Assembly: GCA_000993565.1 (NCBI GenBank)
Contig: LBWK01000002.1
Location: 160,620-224,619 of the forward strand
Direction: 5' to 3'
Length of the DNA: 64,000 nt
Origin: a candidate division WS6 bacterium GW2011_GWF2_39_15
GTDB taxonomy: Bacteria; Patescibacteriota; Dojkabacteria; SC72
Both the position numbers and the translations under genes were made by a program. The notes under the pieces are model-generated. The model saw nothing but the letters and a program-made list of their open reading frames with translations, was not told the origin of the DNA and did not search any database. Shown here piece by piece: positions 47,363-55,224 of this stretch; position 1 is the first letter of the stretch; every line of letters begins with the position of its first letter.

Positions 47363-48600
47363 CTTAAAACGGTATGAATTAATTTTCTCAAATAGTTAGT
47401 GATGTGTGTTATGACAATGAAAAGGAGAATCACAGAAATAATATATGATGCGATCCCGCGGATATAATCAGTTGATACTAATCTGAGAACGGAAGCAAGA
47501 AGGAATAATATTATTGATATTCTGGGAGAGTTTATGAAGAAAGGCATAAGAAAAGTGAGAATGATGGCTGTATAAATTAGTGAGATTGGTTGCAACGGTA
47601 TCTGGAGTAATTTAGAGAGTGTTATGAATGTTGCGGCAGCGAGTCCGTAAGAAACGAAAGTAAGCAGGTCTCCCTTTTTGGTTAGAAGTGATAACATCAG
47701 ATAAATGATTGCGTTGATAATAATCAGGAGTAGTGCTGCCCGGGAATAGTCGTAAGTAAAGCTTACGACCTTTAATTCTTTTGAATTTTTGACAGTATAG
47801 TTAACCGGAATTACGCCTGAGTTTAGAAGAATAGAGCTGGCTTTGGCTTCAATCGGATCAGAGGTTATTCCTAGTGCGAAGGGATTTCTGGCAGTTACCC
47901 CGCTTGTTTTGTTTCCCGCTGTTACAGGTACTACTATTGGAGAAACGAATCCATCGATAGCTATCCCTGCGTATTGTCCGGCTAATTTGTCAAAGGATTT
48001 ATAAAACTTTTCGGCCTTATACTCCCATGGCTTATAGATCGTAAAATATGAGTATTCTCCGGTAGAGGCCTTTAATTTGGTGACATACACTTCTCTGAAG
48101 TCATGGAGCGTGTAGGGAGTATTTTCGTAGTTATTAATATCATATATTGCGAATTGATTGCTTGTGTCATCGAAATTGACCCCGTCTTTTCTTGTTACAA
48201 AACGTAAGAAATATCTTTGTGAGATTAATTGGTCAACAATCTTCTGATCTTCGTCACTTTCAACTTCAATTTTAATCGTTGCCTTGTTCTTGTCCTTATG
48301 CCTTATCTCTTTTACCTCAGAGTTCTCAATGCCAAACTTTCTAAGTCTACTCTCAATAATCTGTTTAGTCTCCTCTATCTTTTTATCTTTCTTGTTCAGA
48401 TCTCGGGCTTTAAACTCAAGTTCAAGAGTATATTCTTTTCTCCATATTTTAGGGGATAGTGTGAGATCATAGCGGGCTTTTTTGAAATATCGTTCCGTTT
48501 GAGGAAGTGCAATTAAAATTGAGGAAATAAAGACTGAAGTGATGAGCGATGCTGCAAGTATTTTGAAGATGTTTTGAACTTTTGGTAGTTTGACTCTCAT
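47359..48600 (-). CDS. secD: Divergent SecD-like protein
   Basis: IIESRLRKFGIEN, GQYAGIAIDG, EAKASSILLNSGVIP follow the SecD P1-domain landmarks; C-terminal TMs. Confidence 0.7.
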   Translation of the reverse strand: MRVKLPKVQNIFKILAASLITSVFISSILIALPQTERYFKKARYDLTLSPKIWRKEYTLELEFKARDLNKKDKKIEETKQIIESRLRKFGIENSEVKEIRHKDKNKATIKIEVESDEDQKIVDQLISQRYFLRFVTRKDGVNFDDTSNQFAIYDINNYENTPYTLHDFREVYVTKLKASTGEYSYFTIYKPWEYKAEKFYKSFDKLAGQYAGIAIDGFVSPIVVPVTAGNKTSGVTARNPFALGITSDPIEAKASSILLNSGVIPVNYTVKNSKELKVVSFTYDYSRAALLLIIINAIIYLMLSLLTKKGDLLTFVSYGLAAATFITLSKLLQIPLQPISLIYTAIILTFLMPFFINSPRISIILFLLASVLRLVSTDYIRGIASYIISVILLFIVITHITNYLRKLIHTVLR

Positions 48601-48608
48601 GAGGTTTA

Positions 48609-49184
48609 TTATACTGCCAATGCCTTCTCACTGCCAAGCAATACTATTTTATCCTTTTCCAATATATTAATTAAGAAGGGTTCTCTCTTTTTCTTCGCAA
48701 ATTCGAAATCCTTCATGGTCACTACACTATAACGGATTTCTTTCTCTAATGTTTTTTCAATCTCCTTCATTTCAGGGGTTAGTTTTCTTATATCGATATC
48801 ACCTACGAATAGGACATCAACGTCGATATTACTCTCATACTTATTGTTTAAATATGAGTGAGTTAAGATGATGAGCTCTGCATTTACAATTTTCGTCCCA
48901 ATTCTGTATAGGTTTTGACCGAACTCCGAGTCCTTATACATCATCGAGCGAAGTTCTGGGAGAACAGGGCACTTAGGGTTCAATGTATAGACTACCTTGT
49001 TGCCTTTATTTTCTACTTTAAGTAATCCTGCGGCTTTGAGGTTGAGTAGTTCTCTGCGTATTGCATTAATCTCTTCGTCAATTATTCTCACAAGTCCACG
49101 CACATGGTACTCTTCTGCGGGATTGAAAAGAAACTGCTCAAGTAGCTCAATCCTTACTTTTGAGATAAAAAGATTTTTGAGCAC
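48609..49184 (-). CDS. Winged-helix regulator with nucleotidyltransferase-like C-domain
   Basis: LFISKVRIELL, HVRGLVR, INAIRREL, DVDVLFVG. Confidence 0.78.
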   Translation of the reverse strand: MLKNLFISKVRIELLEQFLFNPAEEYHVRGLVRIIDEEINAIRRELLNLKAAGLLKVENKGNKVVYTLNPKCPVLPELRSMMYKDSEFGQNLYRIGTKIVNAELIILTHSYLNNKYESNIDVDVLFVGDIDIRKLTPEMKEIEKTLEKEIRYSVVTMKDFEFAKKKREPFLINILEKDKIVLLGSEKALAV

Positions 49185-49201
49185 TAATCTTATAGATTAA
49201 C

Positions 49202-50482
49202 TTATTGTTCTATTATATCAAATTTGCCTTGATCTTTAGGAACAGCAGTTATCCAAAGTCGTCCGCGGTTTAACAGCAGCTCTTTACCTGTGCTGTCATA
49301 ATATCTTTCACGTTCCGTCCTTGAGGTTTTCTTCCATTTTCCAATTGTTACTTTCCCATCCTGAAGCACAACAGCTTTCCCTTCTCCTATAGTTGTGATG
49401 ATGATTCTTCCATATGCATCACCCGAACTTTGCATAATTACTTCTTGGATAACGACTACCTTTGCAGAAACCTGCTTGCCAGTCTCGAGATCCAAATCTG
49501 CCTGCCCTCCTATTTTATGTAAATACGAGTTGCTTTTAACATCGTAAGACCATTCGCTATCATACAGGCCGTTATTGGGCAGATCCTGTCTAAATCTAAC
49601 CTTTACTTTTGTTCTGCTTCCTCTCGCGTTAGGTTCTGCATCACGTTTGAATTGGAGCGTATCTATTTCAGGAAATCCACCCCATCCATTTTTAGAAGCA
49701 TAATCCCATGCTGTAACTGTTGAGTTATATTCATTATGCGGGGCAACTCTGTCAGTGACTCTCCAGTATCCATGCGTCCTGAGATCCTTAATTCCGTAAC
49801 TATATATATTTCCACAGGCATTTGTGCGTGGATCACTGGATGATGCACATCCATCATGAATATATAACGGGTCATATGGACTTAGCCATTCCAGGAAGTA
49901 CTGTCGTGCACTTCTTACAGGTCCCACTTTACTTGTGCCTTGACTCCAGAATATTCCCATATATCGGGTTATTCCCGATTCTGCGAGGCTTTCGTAAACA
50001 ATATCGGCACTGTTTAAAGCTGATTGAGGGCGGGCATGATAGTGGTTATTAATCATTATTGCAATTGGTCGATTCTTTTCTAGCTTCTCAATCTCTGTTT
50101 TGGTAAACAAAAGTCCATTCAGCGGGCTCTGTTCTGTTCTTGGTAAATCAGGTGTGGTGAGGGCTGTAGTTATAAACTTTACTTTGTCACTCCAGTTTAT
50201 AATTTGCAGATCTTGTTCCAGGTAGTCTCTATTTATTGTAATTATTTCTGAGGGAGAAATAGGTTTTGTGAAAATATAGAAGTACATTGAGACGGCTAAC
50301 GCACCTAAGAGAATGGTTCCTACGAGAATAGACAGGGTTATTTTTTGCCAGGGCTTTAATTCCCCCTTCTTTTTAAGTGGTTCTATAAGGGTGGTAGGAG
50401 CTTGTTTCACTTCTGACTCGATCTTCGGAGAAACGTTGGTTTCCTGATCTAAAGTGATTACTTTTGTCTTGGCAGTACTCAT
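49202..50482 (-). CDS. DUF3048 (YerB-like) membrane-anchored protein
   Basis: RPIAIMINN, ARPQS, ADIVYE, GITRY, VGPVRSAR, APHN; ATG 50482 fits a -10 box 7 nt upstream. Confidence 0.88.
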   Translation of the reverse strand: MSTAKTKVITLDQETNVSPKIESEVKQAPTTLIEPLKKKGELKPWQKITLSILVGTILLGALAVSMYFYIFTKPISPSEIITINRDYLEQDLQIINWSDKVKFITTALTTPDLPRTEQSPLNGLLFTKTEIEKLEKNRPIAIMINNHYHARPQSALNSADIVYESLAESGITRYMGIFWSQGTSKVGPVRSARQYFLEWLSPYDPLYIHDGCASSSDPRTNACGNIYSYGIKDLRTHGYWRVTDRVAPHNEYNSTVTAWDYASKNGWGGFPEIDTLQFKRDAEPNARGSRTKVKVRFRQDLPNNGLYDSEWSYDVKSNSYLHKIGGQADLDLETGKQVSAKVVVIQEVIMQSSGDAYGRIIITTIGEGKAVVLQDGKVTIGKWKKTSRTERERYYDSTGKELLLNRGRLWITAVPKDQGKFDIIEQ

Positions 50483-50550
50483 ACATTCCATACTATCACA
50501 GAGTTACGATATATGGTAGACTGGAATAATAAGTTGGCTGTTCTATTTAT

Positions 50551-51669
50551 ATGGAACCAAACGTCGCCCCGAAGAAGCGATCTTCATCACTTCTTTATAT
50601 TCTCCTTCTTGTTATACTCGCTTTAATTGGTTACGGTGCTTATGTCCTTGTAAATAAGGAATCTAATACAGATAAACAGAATAACGATACTAATAACGAG
50701 TCCGTAGACGAGAATACTGAAAGTGAAACAGAAACCGATACTGATACTAATACAAACACAGATACAGACTCTGAGACCACTGATAGTGATACAAATGCGG
50801 AACCGGAGCCGGATACTAACACTGATACCACCGTTGTAGATTTTACTAGCTACAAAACGACCAAGCAGACCGTTGGAAGTAGTGATGAGACTGATGGTCA
50901 GTATACTTTGAGTAGTTTAACTGACACGGCAAATACTGGATTCCACAGATTTGAATTTACCTTAACAAGGAAAACGGATAGCGATGTAAACCCTTATGTT
51001 ACAGCTACTTATATCGCATCTTTGGGGGCAATCAGAATTGATTTTGCTGGGGTTACTACAGATAATAGCGGAATCGGGTACCAAAAGAGCAGGATGATAA
51101 ATAAGGAAGGTGTGATTAAGATTTATCATAATGTTAGTGCAGACCAGACTGAAGAGCTTTATGATATTGGAGTGTCTAAGGAGACGCCATTTCTTTTCAG
51201 TATGACAGGTATTGATGCTTCCTCCTGGCTTATAACCCTTGATGTTAAATATCCCGGGGTTGTTGATACTGCTGATGTAGATCTGGGAAGTGAGGAGTTT
51301 TCAAAGGATGCTCAGACTATAACTGGAGCAGGAAAAGCTGACGGAGCGAAGGTATCCTCATATTCTTACAGTGCTTCCGGCGGGATACTCAGGATTGTCT
51401 TTGAGGTGAAAGGGAGTACCGCAAAGCCTATTCCTTCTGCCAGCGCAGGTTATGATGGAGATAATCTTCTAACATTGCGGTTTACCGATATTTCTGAAGA
51501 TGTTATTGCTAAGATGCCGGCCGCATTAGATATGCCGGGCGGTATTACTATGGTATGGGAAATGGAGGGAAGTAGTGCGAGTAAGTATACTTTTGACGGT
51601 GCTGCTAAGGAATTCAAGCTTTCAGCAGGTACCAGTCCAAATCAGGTAATTCTTGAAATAAAACTTTAA
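50551..51669 (+). CDS. Membrane-anchored extracellular protein with Thr/Asp/Asn linker and two AMIN-like beta domains
   Basis: N-terminal TM, low-complexity TDTDTNT linker, FHRFEF and LRIVFEV repeats, PNQVILEI. Confidence 0.65.
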   Translation: MEPNVAPKKRSSSLLYILLLVILALIGYGAYVLVNKESNTDKQNNDTNNESVDENTESETETDTDTNTNTDTDSETTDSDTNAEPEPDTNTDTTVVDFTSYKTTKQTVGSSDETDGQYTLSSLTDTANTGFHRFEFTLTRKTDSDVNPYVTATYIASLGAIRIDFAGVTTDNSGIGYQKSRMINKEGVIKIYHNVSADQTEELYDIGVSKETPFLFSMTGIDASSWLITLDVKYPGVVDTADVDLGSEEFSKDAQTITGAGKADGAKVSSYSYSASGGILRIVFEVKGSTAKPIPSASAGYDGDNLLTLRFTDISEDVIAKMPAALDMPGGITMVWEMEGSSASKYTFDGAAKEFKLSAGTSPNQVILEIKL

Positions 51670-51751
51670 TTAGATGATTGTTTGGGGAGATAAATAAAAA
51701 CTGACCCGATAGAAACTGTCTATCTTTTGTAATATAATCCGTTTGATACTA

Positions 51752-51825
51752 CGGGGTGTAGTTCAGATGGCTAGAACGCTTGCATGGGGTGCAAGAGGCC
51801 GCTCGTTCAAGTCGAGTCACCCCGA
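51752..51825 (+). tRNA. tRNA-Pro (anticodon GGG), CCA not encoded
   Basis: Acceptor CGGGGTG/CACCCCG, anticodon arm CTTGC-ATGGGGT-GCAAG, T loop TTCAAGT. Confidence 0.95.
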
Positions 51826-51828
51826 TTT

Positions 51829-51863
51829 TCTTAATCTTCTCTTAATCTATCATTTTGTAATAT
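51829..51863 (+). promoter_or_regulatory. Tandem OmpR/PhoB-type box plus -10 for the cytochrome b5 operon
   Basis: TCTTAATCT at 51829 and 51840 (11-nt period), TAATAT at 51858-51863. Confidence 0.6.
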
Positions 51864-51896
51864 GTAAACATAATATTAAATTATGTCCTATACAAA

Positions 51897-52775
51897 ATGA
51901 AAACTGGATTCTTAATGTTCATATCTAAAACTATTCTTCCTAATCTTGCCCTTATTGCTTCTGTATTTGCAGTGGGAGGGGTAAGCGGGGTGGCGGCACT
52001 TAAGGTCTCACAGGTAATCCCGGTGCCCGATAAATTGGTAGACCAGGTTAGTGAGCTTAAGGATAAAGTGGATACGGCGATACAAGGTGTTGATGATACA
52101 TCGGCTGTCTCTGCTTCAGGAAGCAAATCTCGAGGAAAGGCTTTAGGATGTATTGTTACAATAGACGGTAATAAATATGACGTCACTAATTTAAAAAAGA
52201 CTCATTCAGGAGGTGATATATTCGTCTGTAATACGGACATGAGTAACTCATACCATAATCAACATGGAACAAACCTTGCAAGAATGGAGCGGTATTTGGT
52301 TAATGAAACCCAGAATGCTGGTACTTCGGGCAGTAGTACCGGCAATATTAAAGCTAGAGCGGCAGTGAACTCTTCGGCGGTTTTCACTGCTGTCTCTTTA
52401 GCTTCGCACAACACAAGTAGCAGTTGTTATATAGCATACTCAGGTAAAGTATATGACGTCTCAAGTCACCCGTCGTGGGGAGGTTGCAGTCACCATGGTG
52501 TATCAGGAGGGCAGGATATAACATCTATCTTTCCCCATCCGATAAGTTATTTGAGTTCTGTTCCAAATGTAGGAACGTTTGGAGGTAGTGCGGCTAATAA
52601 TGGCAACGGTAACACAACTATTGTACGAAAGGATGATGACGATGATGAGAGAGAGGAAGAGGAGATAGAATACGAGTACGAAGATGAGAAAGAGGAGGAA
52701 AAAGAAAAGGAGGATGAGTCGGAACATTCAAGTATGTGGAATCTTATTATTTCTACCTTGCAAAGATACATATAA
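51897..52775 (+). CDS. Exported protein with two cytochrome b5-like domains and an acidic tail
   Basis: CIVTIDGNKYDVT...HSGG...QH and CYIAYSGKVYDVS...HHG..GGQDIT..FPH; N-terminal hydrophobic segment. Confidence 0.85.
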   Translation: MKTGFLMFISKTILPNLALIASVFAVGGVSGVAALKVSQVIPVPDKLVDQVSELKDKVDTAIQGVDDTSAVSASGSKSRGKALGCIVTIDGNKYDVTNLKKTHSGGDIFVCNTDMSNSYHNQHGTNLARMERYLVNETQNAGTSGSSTGNIKARAAVNSSAVFTAVSLASHNTSSSCYIAYSGKVYDVSSHPSWGGCSHHGVSGGQDITSIFPHPISYLSSVPNVGTFGGSAANNGNGNTTIVRKDDDDDEREEEEIEYEYEDEKEEEKEKEDESEHSSMWNLIISTLQRYI

Positions 52776-53141
52776 ATGAAAAAGAAAATAGTTATACTAC
52801 TGATTCTTGCTCTTGTTGTTTTTGTAGTTATGCTTGGTGGAACCTATGTTACTAGGATGATTCAAGTGGGGAAAACAAGGCAGGTAGCAGGGATTAAGAA
52901 GGAAGGATTAAGTGTGTACAAAAGATCGGATCTGTCCAAATATAATGGGGCAATTAAAGGGCGTCCAATACTCATCGGCTTAAACGGTTATGTTTATGAT
53001 GTGACAGAAGGAAAGAAGTTTTATGAACCCGGTGGTACTTATCACTACCTGGCAGGGAAGGATTCCTCCTCAGAGCTCAACCTGATAGGAGGTGATATTA
53101 TCAGAAGGAAGTATCCAATAGTTGGTGTTATAGTTGACTAA
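52776..53141 (+). CDS. MAPR/PGRMC-like cytochrome b5 domain protein
   Basis: TM followed by LSKYNG, ILIGLNGYVYDVTEGKKFYEPGGTYHYLAGKDSS. Confidence 0.88.
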   Translation: MKKKIVILLILALVVFVVMLGGTYVTRMIQVGKTRQVAGIKKEGLSVYKRSDLSKYNGAIKGRPILIGLNGYVYDVTEGKKFYEPGGTYHYLAGKDSSSELNLIGGDIIRRKYPIVGVIVD

Positions 53142-53142
53142 G

Positions 53143-54441
53143 ATGAAGAGGTTATTCAGTACTTTTTTAATATTTGTTTTTTTGGTGGTTACAGTTATCC
53201 TTTGGGTTTGGGCAAAAAAGTATATAGGAGAACCTACTCCGTTAATTCTTGGAGGGGCACAGATCAGCGCCCTTCTTGCAGTTACTTTGCTTTCGTTGGA
53301 GTATATCATTGCGACTAGACTGAGGATTGTTGAGGTAATCTTTGATGGCTTAGATAATGCATATATCGCTCATCATATTATTGGCGGGTTTGCCTTTGTC
53401 CTTATTCTTACTCACCCTTTGCTTTTAATTATCAACTCAATTCCCTCAATACAAGGTTTTTATACCTACCTTCTACCATCTTCCAATCTGGCCTATACAT
53501 TCGGTATTCTAGCCTTGTATTGCTATACGATAATCCTACTTGTCACTTTTTATGCAAAAATCCCTTACAGTATCTGGGCTACAATCCACAAGTTTATAGG
53601 CATACCTATGCTGTTAGTCATGATACATGTTTTGCTTATTTCGAGTGACATTTCTGTGTACCCGCCTTTGGCCATATGGATATTTTCACTTGTTGGGATA
53701 GCTTTGATTTCCGCAGTATACAAGAGATTCTTGTACAGGCTTTTGAGCGTCAAATATAGGTATAGAGTTTCGCATACACGGATTTTGGGTGAGGTTATAG
53801 AGATATATATGCTTCCTGTGAAAGAGAAAGTCTCCTTTTTACCCGGCCAGTTTATCTACGTCAGGTTTTTTAGAAGAGAAATAGGTAGCGAGCAGCATCC
53901 CTTCTCTATCTCTTCGGGGATTAATACTGATGAGTTAAGAATATCGGTTAAAATGGATGGAGATTCTACCTGGAAGTATATGCGTCTAGAGTCTGGGGAT
54001 GAAGTAGAGTTGCAGGGACCTCACGGCAAGTTTGGAGAAAGTCTTCTATCTGATCAGAAAGATGCAATATGGGTAGCAGGGGGAATCGGTATTACCCCTT
54101 TTTTATCATTGTTGGATTACGAAAGTGTCTCTACAAGTCATCGGAAAGTATCTCTATACTACACCGTTAAGAATCATAACGAAGCTGTATATATTACAGA
54201 GCTGGCTCAAAAAGCGTTAAGAAAAAATACCTTAAGAGTATACCCAAACTTTTCTGAAAGTTCAGGGAGGTTGGAGCCTTTGAAAGTAGTTCAGAACGAG
54301 GGACTGGATAGAAGAAGTCTTGGAAAAATGAAAGTCTTTCTCTGCGGTCCAAGTTCTATGATGGAGAGCATGACAATAGGGTTTATTAACCTTGGTATAA
54401 AGCCCTGGAATATAATTAAAGAGGACTTCTATATTAAATGA
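53143..54441 (+). CDS. Ferric reductase/NOX-family flavocytochrome
   Basis: TM His pairs (AHHIIG...THP; IHKF...IHV), PGQF, HPFSISS, AGGIGITP, LCGP, C-terminal EDF. Confidence 0.92.
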   Translation: MKRLFSTFLIFVFLVVTVILWVWAKKYIGEPTPLILGGAQISALLAVTLLSLEYIIATRLRIVEVIFDGLDNAYIAHHIIGGFAFVLILTHPLLLIINSIPSIQGFYTYLLPSSNLAYTFGILALYCYTIILLVTFYAKIPYSIWATIHKFIGIPMLLVMIHVLLISSDISVYPPLAIWIFSLVGIALISAVYKRFLYRLLSVKYRYRVSHTRILGEVIEIYMLPVKEKVSFLPGQFIYVRFFRREIGSEQHPFSISSGINTDELRISVKMDGDSTWKYMRLESGDEVELQGPHGKFGESLLSDQKDAIWVAGGIGITPFLSLLDYESVSTSHRKVSLYYTVKNHNEAVYITELAQKALRKNTLRVYPNFSESSGRLEPLKVVQNEGLDRRSLGKMKVFLCGPSSMMESMTIGFINLGIKPWNIIKEDFYIK

Positions 54442-54536
54442 GAAAAGTTATTAAACAGATTGTAACAATTGTCCTGATTAATTATCTCTTGATACTTATT
54501 GGTATTTTTATAGTAGAATATGTCCTAAATAGGTAA
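54438..54536 (+). CDS. 32-aa single-TM peptide (not in the ORF track)
   Basis: MRKVIKQIVTIVLINYLLILIGIFIVEYVLNR; ATGA overlap with the upstream stop; fills the gap to the regulator. Confidence 0.6.
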   Translation: MRKVIKQIVTIVLINYLLILIGIFIVEYVLNR

Positions 54537-54549
54537 CCAATATATTTTG

Positions 54550-55224
54550 ATGAGAATACTGATAGTTGAAGATGATTTAACGATTTCAAAAAACTTAAGA
54601 ACTTTTCTGGAGCGGTCCTCTTATGTTGTTGATGTGGCAAGACATGGAAATGAAGGGTTAGAAAGGGCTTTGAATGAGGAGTATGATCTGGTAATTTTGG
54701 ACTGGATGCTTCCGGGTAAAAACGGAATTGAAATTTGTCATGAGATAAGAAAAAGTGGAAAAACCGTCCCTGTAATTATGCTGACAGCAAAGTCACAGGT
54801 CGAGGATAAAGTGGAAGGTTTGGATGTCGGAGCAGATGACTACCTAACAAAACCGTTTGAAATGTCTGAACTGCTAGCAAGAGTTAGGGCACTACTCAGA
54901 AGAAAGTATACACAGCACAGGTCAGGAGTTATTGAAGCGGCTAATCTGATTATTGATACTAATAGTCATATTGTAAAAAGAGGTGACAAGATACTAGAAT
55001 TATCCGTGAGAGAATATGCGCTCCTTGAGTACCTTGCGAGTAATATGGGAATTGCTATGTCACGGGAGGATATTCTGACTCACGTTTGGGATGAAAACAT
55101 TGATCTATTTACCAACACGGTTGATGTACATATTAGATATTTACGAAAGAAGATTGATGTCGGTTCTAAAAAGAAATTAATTAAAACAGTTAAAGGGGTG
55201 GGTTATATGCTATGCAAAGATTAA
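54550..55224 (+). CDS. OmpR-family response regulator
   Basis: ILIVEDD, LDWMLPG, MLTAK, GADDYLTKPF, NTVDVHIRYLRKK, TVKGVGY. Confidence 0.96.
   Translation: MRILIVEDDLTISKNLRTFLERSSYVVDVARHGNEGLERALNEEYDLVILDWMLPGKNGIEICHEIRKSGKTVPVIMLTAKSQVEDKVEGLDVGADDYLTKPFEMSELLARVRALLRRKYTQHRSGVIEAANLIIDTNSHIVKRGDKILELSVREYALLEYLASNMGIAMSREDILTHVWDENIDLFTNTVDVHIRYLRKKIDVGSKKKLIKTVKGVGYMLCKD

Noticed and set aside
48609-49184. MNT-HEPN toxin-antitoxin pair
   Set aside because: No HEPN partner adjacent, and the GS motif of the nucleotidyltransferase is degenerate.
50660-50830. Short repeats (gatact/aataca) as a CRISPR or VNTR array
   Set aside because: They encode a low-complexity Thr/Asp/Asn linker; no repeat-spacer periodicity.
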